From Candidatus Poseidoniaceae archaeon (lineage in GTDB: Archaea; Thermoplasmatota; Poseidoniia; Poseidoniales; Poseidoniaceae), in assembly GCA_038125145.1 (NCBI GenBank), contig JAYPDK010000001.1, positions 4,368 to 68,367 on the forward strand: a stretch of 64,000 nucleotides of DNA, given 5' to 3'. Both the position numbers and the translations under genes were made by a program. Within the stretch, counting starts at the first letter, position 1, and each line of letters begins with the position of its first letter. The notes under the pieces were generated by a model. The model had not been told where the DNA came from, ran no database searches, and worked only from the letters and a program-made list of their open reading frames with translations. Below are positions 1 through 8,165 of the stretch, one piece after another.

Positions 1-462
1 GGCCGGCAAACCACCAGGTCCAACCAAGCGTCGTTCAACAAGTTCGAGCCCTGAAGTTGTGAGGTGCACCCGCACCGACCAATCCGGTGTCGAGAGGTTG
101 ACGCTGAGGGTGCTGTCTTCGCCGAGGAGCGCTGTGCCCAGCTCAGCAGCGAAACGTGGCGACGTCCACCCCTCGACGTCACCCACACGACGGCATCGGA
201 CGCCGAAGGTCCGCGCTTCTCCACGCCGACCTGACGCGTCGATGAGGTGTGCTGCGATCCTTCCGAGGTCGTTCACGTCCCCAAGCAGGCGCACGCGGTC
301 GATGGCGACGATGCCGAGGTGGTGGCACAAGGCGTCCTCAACCAATCGGACGTCGTCCTTGCTCCGAACGACGATTTGGTCCCGTGTGAACGAGGGGCGG
401 AGTTCGATGCCCTCCCGCTTGGCGAGCGCGGCCATCGAGCGCTTCATCGTGCGCTGAAACAT
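1..462 (-). CDS. THUMP-domain protein, N-terminal part. The gene starts near 462 and runs off the window edge; likely a tRNA-modifying methyltransferase or ThiI-like protein.
   Basis: Manual reverse-strand translation from ATG (rc at 460-462) gives MFQRTMKRSMAALAKREGIELRPSF...ARTFGVRCRRVGDVEGW...FAAELGTALL with no stop down to position 1. This is THUMP-like by motif recollection. It is absent from the ORF track because no stop lies within the window. Confidence 0.45.
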   Translation of the reverse strand, partial: MFQRTMKRSMAALAKREGIELRPSFTRDQIVVRSKDDVRLVEDALCHHLGIVAIDRVRLLGDVNDLGRIAAHLIDASGRRGEARTFGVRCRRVGDVEGWTSPRFAAELGTALLGEDSTLSVNLSTPDWSVRVHLTTSGLELVERRLVGPGGLPA

Positions 463-535
463 CCGACGAACCGGCTTGGATTTCAGGCCAACTTCACCAA
501 GCCGGAGCACCCAGTGAACGTCACCGTCCACGGGC

Positions 536-2071
536 TCAAGCCTCCCCGTTGTGAAGGTCGACGACCTCCGACGAGGGGGTGATGTGCTTGGCAGCGTTGT
601 TGCGGCGAGCGCTCAACGCGGACAAATATCCCTCGTCGATGTCGCCGGTGACGTAGCGTCCGTCGAAACAACTCGCGTCAAACCGACCAGCATTGGAACC
701 TGCCATTGCGGTTACCTCAACCAAGTCCTCAAGGGTTTGGTAGAACAACCGGTCGCTCCCGATGTGAGCGTTGATTTCCTCGATGGAACGCCCGTTGGCG
801 ATGAGTTCGGTGGCGTCTGGCATGTCAATGCCGTACACGTTGGGGTGCCGGACCGGAGGTGCGGCTGAGGCGAAATACACCTTCCGTGCGCCAACGTCCC
901 TGGCCATGTCGACGATTTGCTGGGACGTGGTGCCTCGAACAATGGAATCGTCAACAAGCAGGACCGCTTTTCCTTCAAACTCGTGAGGAATGGCCGACAA
1001 TTTCCTGCGTACAGATTTCTCCCTGAGGGTCTGTTCAGGCATGATGAAGGTACGACCGACGTACCGGTTTTTGACGAAGCCTTCACGGTACTTCACACCC
1101 AAGGTCGAGGCCAACTGCAAGGCTGCGATTCGCCCCGAGTCAGGGATGGGAATGACGGCGTCGATGTCATGGTCAGGCCAAGATTCCATGATCCGCTCGG
1201 CGAGGCGACGTCCATGGTTCAATCGAGCTTGGTAGACGGAGATACCATCGATGATGGAATCCGGACGAGCGAAGTACACGTGCTCGAAGATGCATGGGGC
1301 ATGCTCCCGCTCCTCTGAACACATGGCTTCGAAGAGGTGGCCGGAGGCAGAGATGAACACGGCTTCACCGGGCGCAACGTCACGCTCCACATCGAAGCCG
1401 AGGGCCGTCAATGCGACGGATTCGCTCGCGACCAGCCATTCCGACTTCCCCTCCACCTCGCGCCGTCCAAGGATCAGCGGGCGGATGCCATGTGGGTCAC
1501 GGAAGGCGAACAGGCCGTACCCGGCAATCATCCCGATGCAGGCATAGCCCCCTCGCACCGTTTGGTTGATCTCTCTGATGGCGGAGAACACGGTTTCCAC
1601 GTCAAGGTGGGAGGCATCGCTGATGTGGAGTTGCCTCGCACGGCGGTGGAGAGCGACGGCGAGCATGTTCAGCAGCAATTCTGAATCGCTCGTGGTGTTC
1701 ATGTGGCGGAAATGTTCGTCCCGAAGGATACGCTCAAGGTCCTGAGCGTTGGTGAGGTTACCGTTGTGTGCCAAGCACAATCCGTAGGGGGAGTTGACGT
1801 AGAACGGCTGTGCTTCGGCGCTTGATGACGAACCAGCGGTGGGGTAGCGCACGTGCCCAAGTCCAATCGAGCCCATCAGCCGTTCCATCGTTGGTTGATC
1901 GAACACGTCCGCAACGTGCCCGTTCGCTTTCCGAAGGATGAACCTCCCCGCGTGCTCGGTCAAGATTCCAGCTGCATCCTGCCCGCGGTGCTGAAGCACC
2001 GTCAAGCCGTCGTACAGCAACTGATTGACGTGGGTTCCTTGCCGACCCACAATCCCGATGATGCCGCACAT
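536..2071 (-). CDS. purF: Amidophosphoribosyltransferase (glutamine-PRPP amidotransferase)
   Basis: 511 aa ORF beginning MCGIIGIV (Ntn-hydrolase catalytic Cys2), with glutamine amidotransferase class II and PRTase motifs (DDSIVRGTT). Confidence 0.9.
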   Translation of the reverse strand: MCGIIGIVGRQGTHVNQLLYDGLTVLQHRGQDAAGILTEHAGRFILRKANGHVADVFDQPTMERLMGSIGLGHVRYPTAGSSSSAEAQPFYVNSPYGLCLAHNGNLTNAQDLERILRDEHFRHMNTTSDSELLLNMLAVALHRRARQLHISDASHLDVETVFSAIREINQTVRGGYACIGMIAGYGLFAFRDPHGIRPLILGRREVEGKSEWLVASESVALTALGFDVERDVAPGEAVFISASGHLFEAMCSEEREHAPCIFEHVYFARPDSIIDGISVYQARLNHGRRLAERIMESWPDHDIDAVIPIPDSGRIAALQLASTLGVKYREGFVKNRYVGRTFIMPEQTLREKSVRRKLSAIPHEFEGKAVLLVDDSIVRGTTSQQIVDMARDVGARKVYFASAAPPVRHPNVYGIDMPDATELIANGRSIEEINAHIGSDRLFYQTLEDLVEVTAMAGSNAGRFDASCFDGRYVTGDIDEGYLSALSARRNNAAKHITPSSEVVDLHNGEA

Positions 2072-2125
2072 GGTCGTTCCCGACCTACTGCATGTGAAGC
2101 CGATTCTTGGCCTTGTCCCACAAGG

Positions 2126-2305
2126 TCAGGCCTTGGGCCGGTGGGATTTCTTGGACCAACTGTAGGTGCGCATGCGTGCCGTCGCGCCGTAGCCACAAGA
2201 GGCACAGACCGACTTTTGCTTGTGGTACGCATTGCGACCGCAGCGGCGGCAGCGGATGTGGGTCGTCTTTTGGCGTCGGCCCATCGACGGAGTGCCCTTT
2301 GACAT
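2126..2305 (-). CDS. rpl37e: 50S ribosomal protein L37e (59 aa, C4 zinc ribbon)
   Basis: Hand translation of the minus strand from ATG (rc 2303-2305) gives [59 protein letters not shown] then stop. It is below the 60 aa cutoff of the ORF track. Classic L37e signature. Confidence 0.85.
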   Translation of the reverse strand: MSKGTPSMGRRQKTTHIRCRRCGRNAYHKQKSVCASCGYGATARMRTYSWSKKSHRPKA

Positions 2306-2341
2306 CGACCCACCTCGTGGGTCTCGCGACCTTGAACCCCT

Positions 2342-2812
2342 TTATGAAATCGACTCAGGGGGGGTCAAGCCCTCCGCTTCGGGCAAGGTGAGCCGCCGCA
2401 GCCCTGAGGCAGCGCTGAGCAGGCCAACAAGCACGGAGAGCGCGAGCCCGAGCACGGCCGGTGCGATGTCGACCAGGTCGGAAAAGAACTGGGCTTGTGC
2501 TGACCCGTTTCCGGAAAGGTGCCCGCCGGCCTCGAGCACGCGGAGTCCGAGGAGGAATCCGACGGCCACAAGGACGAGGATCCCGACCACTGGAGCCGCC
2601 GGCCTGTCGCGGCTGTCACCGTAGGCAAGCAAGGTGAGGATCAACATCACAGAAGTCACCATAAAGCCCGCAAAGACCGTGTTGGCAAAACCGAGGTGCA
2701 CGGCATCGGACGAGGGCCTGCTCCCGTCTGCAAGGACCAGCAACAACACGGGCCCCGATGCCACAGCCAGGAGCAGCAGGACGGCACGGGTTCGCCGCAT
2801 CACGTCATTCAT
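2342..2812 (-). CDS. Hypothetical integral membrane protein
   Basis: Several hydrophobic helices (AVLLLLAVASGPVLLLVLA, VGILVLVAVGFLLGL). The start was placed at the internal Met MNDVMRR just after the stop of the upstream membrane gene; the start is uncertain (2800 or 2812). Confidence 0.4.
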   Translation of the reverse strand: MNDVMRRTRAVLLLLAVASGPVLLLVLADGSRPSSDAVHLGFANTVFAGFMVTSVMLILTLLAYGDSRDRPAAPVVGILVLVAVGFLLGLRVLEAGGHLSGNGSAQAQFFSDLVDIAPAVLGLALSVLVGLLSAASGLRRLTLPEAEGLTPPESIS

Positions 2813-3539
2813 CGGCCAGCACCCCCCGTGGACGCATGCTGATGATGTGGGCTGCTCGAGCCAAGGCCTCTGGAGAGGGAGGGGGAAGGGGCTCCGGCTC
2901 CGGCATTCGTCGTTCGAACACCCACACCACAGCCAGCACGACGAGCAACGCCAGGCACGCACCCAACAGCATCCCTGCGAGTTCCGGCACCATGCCGATC
3001 GCCAAGGAGCCCTCAACACCACGAACACGCAGCGCTGCTGCAGATGTTACGGCCGCAACCAGCAGGGGCGATGTGCGCGAACGCCGCCGCGGGATGTAGG
3101 CGAGGTGGAGGACCGCGAGGGAAGCGCTCACGCTCACCACACCAGCCAGCAGCGCGGTGGCGAAGCGGTTCCACGCTTCGACAGAGGCAAAGGTCGGCTC
3201 CCGCACCACGAGCATCCACACGCTCAGGAGCACCAGCACGTATCCCACGAGGCGCCAAGCGGAGGGAAGTCGGCCGACGGGCACCTCTCCCGTGAAGACG
3301 ATCAGCACCAGGCCCAACACCAGCGGCCCTGCAGCGATGCTGGCTTCCCACATCAGCAGGACGGCCGCGGTGCTGTCCGAGGACGGGACCGTCAACGGGG
3401 CCAACAGCACCAGCACAAGTGCGGCCACGGCGACGGGCTTCCATGCCCGTCCCCCTCGTCCGATCACGTTGAGCGTCGCGAGGGCCAGCACCAGTGCTGG
3501 CAACCACAGCAACAGGGCTGCGTTCACTTCAGCCTGCAT
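2805..3539 (-). CDS. Hypothetical polytopic membrane protein
   Basis: 244 aa ORF with about 7 hydrophobic segments. The antisense plus-strand ORF 2634-3632 is R/H/Q-rich junk. Confidence 0.5.
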   Translation of the reverse strand: MQAEVNAALLLWLPALVLALATLNVIGRGGRAWKPVAVAALVLVLLAPLTVPSSDSTAAVLLMWEASIAAGPLVLGLVLIVFTGEVPVGRLPSAWRLVGYVLVLLSVWMLVVREPTFASVEAWNRFATALLAGVVSVSASLAVLHLAYIPRRRSRTSPLLVAAVTSAAALRVRGVEGSLAIGMVPELAGMLLGACLALLVVLAVVWVFERRMPEPEPLPPPSPEALARAAHIISMRPRGVLADE

Positions 3540-3626
3540 GCTTCAGCCTCGGTCGTGCAGGTCAAGAACCCTCCCAAGTTGATGGTCTTCCGTCCGTCGT
3601 TCAGGGGCAAGCCCCGCCTGCGTCAT

Positions 3627-3638
3627 CGCTAAATACCC
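3627..3638 (+). promoter_or_regulatory. Putative archaeal TATA box (GCTAAATACC) about 30-40 nt upstream of rpl44e
   Basis: This is the only AT-rich hexamer in the divergent intergenic region 3540-3662, and its spacing fits an archaeal BRE/TATA. Confidence 0.3.
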
Positions 3639-3674
3639 GTCTCCGGTGGCCGACACGCTCGGGTGATGTTGATG

Positions 3675-3956
3675 GTGAAGATGCCCCGTCAGGTCAAGCG
3701 CTACAGCCCCTCTGCGGGCAAGCACACCCTCCACACCGTGGAGCGCGTCAAGAAGAAGCGCGCATCCGAACTTCGCTGGGGTCAGCGACGCTTCCGTAAG
3801 GTCACCGCTGGGTACCGCGGTTTCCCGCGTCCCAAGCCGGACGGTCGTGAAAAGCCAACCAAGCGCGTCAACATCCTCTACCGCTGCACCGAGACGGGCA
3901 AGGCCCATTACGCTCCGTGCCAGCGTGCGAAGAAATTCGAACTCGTGGACAAGTGA
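3675..3956 (+). CDS. rpl44e: 50S ribosomal protein L44e
   Basis: MKMPRQVKRYSPSAGKHTLHTVERVKKKRASELRWGQRRF...YRCTETGKAHY matches the L44e family. The GTG start at 3675 gives the canonical MKMPR N-terminus; the ORF track extends it to 3663. Confidence 0.85.
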   Translation: MKMPRQVKRYSPSAGKHTLHTVERVKKKRASELRWGQRRFRKVTAGYRGFPRPKPDGREKPTKRVNILYRCTETGKAHYAPCQRAKKFELVDK

Positions 3957-3966
3957 AGTGATCAAC

Positions 3967-4137
3967 ATGTCTGGCAATTTCATCAGCGTGGCCTGCCGGG
4001 ACTGCTCCACGGAGACCACCATTTTCGATCGCTCCGTGAACGTGATTTCCTGTGGTGTCTGTGGCGCCACCCTCACCCGACCCGCTGGCGGCAAGGCCAG
4101 CCTCGTCGGTTGCCGTATCGTTGACACCCATGAGTGA
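3967..4137 (+). CDS. rps27e: 30S ribosomal protein S27e
   Basis: MSGNFISVACRDCSTETTIFDRSVNVISCGVCGATLTRPAGGKASL, the C4 zinc-finger S27e signature. The start is at the internal ATG of ORF 3847-4137. Confidence 0.85.
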   Translation: MSGNFISVACRDCSTETTIFDRSVNVISCGVCGATLTRPAGGKASLVGCRIVDTHE

Positions 4138-4151
4138 GGGGGGCCGCGCGG

Positions 4152-4940
4152 ATGGCCGGCGGCTCTCAGGACGGACCCCAAGAGGGGGACCTCGTCGTGA
4201 CGACGGTGTCGACGGTCAAGCAGAACGGCTGCTACGTGACCTTCGATGAATTCCCCGACAAAGAGGGATTCATCTTCATTGGTGAAATCGCGAGCGGTTG
4301 GGTCCGAAACATCCGGGCGCATGTGCGTGAGGGACAGCGCCTGATCTGCAAAATCACGGGGATGCGGAGGGACGGAACGTCCTACGAATTGAGCCTGAAG
4401 TCCGTGTCAGAGGAGCGGCGGCGTGACCGACTTCAGATGTGGAAAAACGAGCAGCGCGCCGCTCAACTTTTGGCCGTGCTGGGCGAACAACTCGGCTGGT
4501 CCGAAGAACAGATCGACACGACGAGGACCGAATTGACGGATTCCTTTGGCACGCTCTATGGCGCCTTCGAGGAGGCGGCCACCAACGAGACGGCGATGTC
4601 CGAATCAGGTTTTGACGACCCCTGGGTTCCGGCGTTCGTCCAATCGGCCTTGGAAAACATCGTCCCAGCGTTCGTTGAAATCCGTGGCACGTTCACCATC
4701 ACCTTTGAGCAGCCAGACGGCATCGACCGCATCCAAACGGCCCTTCTCGCTGCAGAGGCCTGCACGGACAAGGAAGCAGAAATCGAGGTGATGTGCTTCT
4801 ACGACGGCGCTCCGAAGTACCGGATCGAGGTCAAAGCACCCGACTTCAGAAGTGCCGAGGATCTATGGGAGCAGGCCACCAGCGCCGCGCTCGAGAGCAT
4901 CACATCGCAGGGCGGCGAAGGCGAAGTGTGGAGGGAGTGA
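4152..4940 (+). CDS. eif2a: Translation initiation factor 2 alpha subunit (aIF2-alpha)
   Basis: S1 domain EGDLVVTTVSTVKQNGCYVTFDEFPDKEGFIFIGEIASGWVRNIRAHVREGQRLICKI, then the helical and C-terminal alpha/beta domains. An alternative GTG start at 4134 overlaps the S27e stop (GTGA). Confidence 0.85.
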   Translation: MAGGSQDGPQEGDLVVTTVSTVKQNGCYVTFDEFPDKEGFIFIGEIASGWVRNIRAHVREGQRLICKITGMRRDGTSYELSLKSVSEERRRDRLQMWKNEQRAAQLLAVLGEQLGWSEEQIDTTRTELTDSFGTLYGAFEEAATNETAMSESGFDDPWVPAFVQSALENIVPAFVEIRGTFTITFEQPDGIDRIQTALLAAEACTDKEAEIEVMCFYDGAPKYRIEVKAPDFRSAEDLWEQATSAALESITSQGGEGEVWRE

Positions 4941-4941
4941 C

Positions 4942-5157
4942 ATCGGGCGTCAACTCCTCCAACGCTGCCTGGCATGCTCAGCGTGGTGCTTGTCCACCAC
5001 CTGCGCTACATGCGGCGGAACGGCCCGTGCTGCGGCTCCGATCAAGTGGTCTCCGGAGGACACCAAGGCCGACCTTCGCCGACGCCTTGAGGGCGTCACC
5101 GAAGCGGCCTGGATTGAATCGCTACCATCGCTCGGCGACGTGACCGAGGAGGAGTGA
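4942..5157 (+). CDS. nop10: H/ACA ribonucleoprotein component Nop10, start codon unresolved
   Basis: LQRCLACSAWCLSTTCATCGGTARAAAPIKWSPEDTKADLRRRL aligns with the Nop10 zinc ribbon and linker (e.g. [34 protein letters not shown]). It is in the conserved position after aIF2-alpha. No ATG/GTG/TTG lies between the aIF2-alpha stop (4938-4940) and the zinc ribbon; the nearest in-frame ATG is 4852, inside aIF2-alpha. Confidence 0.6.
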   Translation: MGRQLLQRCLACSAWCLSTTCATCGGTARAAAPIKWSPEDTKADLRRRLEGVTEAAWIESLPSLGDVTEEE

Positions 5158-5208
5158 GCCTTCTCGGGCTCATGCTCCCCGCACCAACCCTTATGCCCCG
5201 TCGCGCGG

Positions 5209-5961
5209 ATGTGCGGCAGTATGTCGCTCAGCACCCATTGGGTATCGGAGGCTCGTCCGAAAGGAGGGCCCTGCTTCGTCGCCTTCCCAGGTGTTGGCGA
5301 CATCGGGTTGCTGGCGCTTTCGATGATCGAATCAAGCCTGCCCTCGTCGGTTGTGGCCGAACTGTTCGACCCTGCGCTTCCGCCGTTGGCGACCCTTGAC
5401 GAGCGTGGTGTGCTTCGTCCCCCTCACCACAGGCTGATGCGGGTGGACACCTCATCCGGCCCCGTCCATCTCTTGATTGGCGCTGGCCAAGCGAACACGC
5501 CCATCGATCAACACCGAACCGCCATGGACCTCGTTGAGGTGCTCCAAGGCTTCGATGAAGTGGTGGGCTTGGCGGGCTTCAAGAGCGGCGCCATGGACCG
5601 GCGTGCCTTCTTTGTCGCAACCTCTGCAGAGGGACTGTCCACCATGAAGGCTGCAGGGCGGCAGGTGAGCACAACGGAGCCGAGCGCCGGTTGCATTGGC
5701 GTTCTCGCCTTGCTGGCCTCCCTCGGACCGCACCAGGGCCTCCCCACCTCACTGGCCATCGCCACGACGTTGGGCGCGAGTCAAGACCGATTCGCTGCGC
5801 ATCGGCTTTTGGATCTGCTCGATGAGGCCTTTTCTCTTGGCCTGCCAGAACAACACGACATCGAAGCCGACCTGCGGGGACGACTCTCCGACCGTGCACC
5901 GGATCATGTCGAGAACCTCGTTGCCGAACTGGTGGAAGGTCCGGACGCGTTCTACGCGTAA
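5209..5961 (+). CDS. PAC2 (proteasome assembly chaperone 2) family protein, COG1938-like
   Basis: 250 aa with N-terminal GFPGVGDIGLLA motif and conserved archaeal synteny immediately downstream of nop10. The family assignment is by recollection, not a search. Confidence 0.5.
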   Translation: MCGSMSLSTHWVSEARPKGGPCFVAFPGVGDIGLLALSMIESSLPSSVVAELFDPALPPLATLDERGVLRPPHHRLMRVDTSSGPVHLLIGAGQANTPIDQHRTAMDLVEVLQGFDEVVGLAGFKSGAMDRRAFFVATSAEGLSTMKAAGRQVSTTEPSAGCIGVLALLASLGPHQGLPTSLAIATTLGASQDRFAAHRLLDLLDEAFSLGLPEQHDIEADLRGRLSDRAPDHVENLVAELVEGPDAFYA

Positions 5962-6045
5962 GGCGCCGAGAGAGGGATTCGAACCCCCGCGTCTGACGAC
6001 AGTGGATTTCGAATCCACCGCACTACCGGGCTATGCGATCTCGGC
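5962..6045 (-). tRNA. tRNA-Ser (anticodon CGA), type II with long variable arm; the 3' CCA is not fully encoded
   Basis: Reverse complement reads GCCGAGATCGCATAGCCCGGTAGTGCGGTGGATTCGAAATCCACTGTCGTCAGACGCGGGGGTTCGAATCCCTCTCTCGGCGCC. The acceptor stem is GCCGAGA/TCTCGGC, the anticodon loop is TTCGAAA (CGA), the T-arm is GGGGGTTCGAATCCCTC, and the discriminator is G followed by CC. Confidence 0.75.
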
Positions 6046-6098
6046 CTGCTCCGAGGCCGAGGCATCACGGTCATAAGCATGATGCAGCAGGCTGCAAC

Positions 6099-6299
6099 GT
6101 GCTGGTTACCCTCACGTTGACGGAAGGGCAACGGCTGGTCGACGTCGAGGAAGGTGCCTCGATCCGCGACGTCCTGCTGCGCGCCGACCTCGCACCTAGC
6201 CTCCACATCGTTGACCACGAAGGGCAGGTGCTGCCGATGAGCACCGTCCTGAACGCGGAGGTGCACCTGACCGTGACCCGGACGGCCTCAGGCGGCTGA
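6099..6299 (+). CDS. Beta-grasp ThiS/MoaD/SAMP-like small protein (about 66 aa) ending in Gly-Gly
   Basis: GTG-initiated MLVTLTLTEGQRLVDVEEGASIRDVLLRADLAPSLHIVDHEGQVLPMSTVLNAEVHLTVTRTASGG then stop. The size, beta-grasp-like pattern and C-terminal GG fit ubiquitin-like sulfur carriers or SAMPs. The longer ORF 6033-6299 has an implausible R/H-rich N-terminus. Confidence 0.55.
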   Translation: MLVTLTLTEGQRLVDVEEGASIRDVLLRADLAPSLHIVDHEGQVLPMSTVLNAEVHLTVTRTASGG

Positions 6300-8123
6300 A
6301 GCGTCCGACGCTCGGGCAAGGACCCGAATGTCAGACCCGTCCTGCAGGCTGCCCTGCAGGTCGCTGATCCAAGCTCCTGCTTCGAGGTTCGTGATGGCGA
6401 CGACGTCTCCCGCCTCGAGGTGATCGTACTGACGCGGCATCGCATTGCCCCAGCCGTCGACTTTCATGGTCCCCGTCTCGTCCATGACGACCAGGCCTGG
6501 TCGTCGCCAAGGCTTTCCATACTGGCTGACTCCAGATTTCTCGTACAGGTACGCAACCCTGCCGACCACATCGACACGGGCAGGACGGCTGAGGGCGAGC
6601 GAGGTCAACGGCTCGTCCTCGACCACGGTCACAGCCGAAGCGGGGTCCACCTTCAGCACAAGCTTGCCACCGCGCCAGAGTTGCGGAAGTGCTCCCACAA
6701 CCCGAACACGTTGACCCTTCTGCAGGTTCAGGTCGACAGCGTCCGGTACGTGCCGACCAGCCACTTGGAGTTCGGCCTGATGTTGGCCGTCGGTGAGCAC
6801 GACCTTGGGGGGGCCACTTGCACCTGAAAACACCGAATTCACGTCGAGGACAGCCTCCACACGTGGGTCGATGGTGCCCAACTTCTCGACCGTCGTCACC
6901 ACCGACTTTCCAGGCAACTGGAACGATGTTGGGAGGTCAGCGAACGACCCATCGGGGCCAGGACACACGCTGGACCACTCGCAGCGAACGCAGCGGGCCC
7001 GTGGGTCGTCGTCCGGCCCAACGGGCGCCCCGCCGGGCGCATGATGCAGGTACGGCGCAGGAGCAGGTGGGCACGCCTCCTCACGTGGCTCCTCCGCCTT
7101 GAGTTGGCTCCATAACGCATCGATGGATGCTTCAAACGCATCGCACCACGCGTCGTCGGGCACCTCAACGTCCACCGTGGTGCCGGTTCCGAGGAACCAG
7201 ATGCTCAACTGAGCGGGACGTCGCCGGTCGTCATGGGTGGCCCTCCAAAGGGCAGCGTACGCCCTCAACTGCTCATGGTACCCCGCCGTTCGGTCCGAGG
7301 CACCGGTTGACGCTTTGAGGTCCACGATGTGCACCTCTCCGCGCCACCGGTACACGAGGTCGTATTCACCTTGAAAGCGGAAGGACGGATGAACGGCTTG
7401 GGACACGAAGGATGCCGCACTGGGGTCCACAAACCATGGACGGCAAACCTCCCACGCTTCAAGCACGTCAACCGCACCCGTGATGGCCAGAGGGTGTGGC
7501 CCACCCAAGATGGCAGCTCGGCCGTCCGGTGCGGGGATCGTCGGACGGTGCCCGGCCCGCCATGCCTCGAGGGACGCACCACCCCCCTCCGCAAGGCATG
7601 CAGCCACTTCCTCGAGGTGAAGGTCAATCGCACGCTGCGCCATGGAAAGGGCGCGTCGAGGATCGATGACCGAGGACCAATCACCAGTTCTTCGTTCGTG
7701 CTTCGACCATGCAGCGTGCTCTTCGTCAAGGGCGGCCGGAAGGTGGACGTCCAGCCGTGCGTACGCCCATGCACGAAGGTCGTCGAGGTCATCGGGCCGA
7801 CTGAGCAGCAGCGGCAAGGCGTCTGCTGGCCATCCGTCGTGGACTGAGAGGTCCGGACGGCCGTCCTCGTCCAGAGGCGTGCCGTCAAGGATCGTCCCTG
7901 GCGCGTTTCGCACGACGCAGCCCGGCGACTCTCGGAGGGTTTTGCAGACGGCCAATTCGACGGCTTTTCCAAGATGAAGCGGCGGCGTCTGCGCGATCTT
8001 GAGGCGCCTGACCTTTTCGAGGAACCATTGACGGGGGCAGGCGTTCCACACGTTCAATTGGCTTGCAGAGAGCCTCCGATAGGGCCCTACCGTATCGTCC
8101 CCATCAGGGTGAAAGACAGGCAT
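6288..8123 (-). CDS. RecB/Cas4-family PD-(D/E)XK nuclease with 4-Cys Fe-S motif fused to two C-terminal OB folds (paralog A)
   Basis: N-terminal SASQLNVWNACPRQWF (first Cys). Nuclease motifs GEYDLVYRW (motif II), HIVDLKASTG (motif III, DYK-like) and EQLRAYAALW (QhxxY). C-terminal CVRCEWSSVC (C-x2-C-x5-C). Two OB-fold-like segments follow (about residues 400-500 and 510-600). No Walker A. Confidence 0.7.
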   Translation of the reverse strand: MPVFHPDGDDTVGPYRRLSASQLNVWNACPRQWFLEKVRRLKIAQTPPLHLGKAVELAVCKTLRESPGCVVRNAPGTILDGTPLDEDGRPDLSVHDGWPADALPLLLSRPDDLDDLRAWAYARLDVHLPAALDEEHAAWSKHERRTGDWSSVIDPRRALSMAQRAIDLHLEEVAACLAEGGGASLEAWRAGHRPTIPAPDGRAAILGGPHPLAITGAVDVLEAWEVCRPWFVDPSAASFVSQAVHPSFRFQGEYDLVYRWRGEVHIVDLKASTGASDRTAGYHEQLRAYAALWRATHDDRRRPAQLSIWFLGTGTTVDVEVPDDAWCDAFEASIDALWSQLKAEEPREEACPPAPAPYLHHAPGGAPVGPDDDPRARCVRCEWSSVCPGPDGSFADLPTSFQLPGKSVVTTVEKLGTIDPRVEAVLDVNSVFSGASGPPKVVLTDGQHQAELQVAGRHVPDAVDLNLQKGQRVRVVGALPQLWRGGKLVLKVDPASAVTVVEDEPLTSLALSRPARVDVVGRVAYLYEKSGVSQYGKPWRRPGLVVMDETGTMKVDGWGNAMPRQYDHLEAGDVVAITNLEAGAWISDLQGSLQDGSDIRVLARASDASAA

Positions 8124-8165
8124 ACCGGGTGAACCCGGCGCGGACCCTCTTGAACCTCACGTTGT

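Noticed and set aside
2634-3632. 332-aa plus-strand His/Gln/Arg-rich ORF
   Set aside because: Antisense to two minus-strand ORFs that show clear multi-helix membrane topology; low-complexity junk composition.
5962-6045. Possibility that the tRNA-like sequence is a tRNA-derived integration site (att) for a mobile element
   Set aside because: No integrase gene or duplicated tRNA 3' fragment was found nearby. The flanking genes (PAC2, nuclease pair, ABCE1) are chromosomal housekeeping types.
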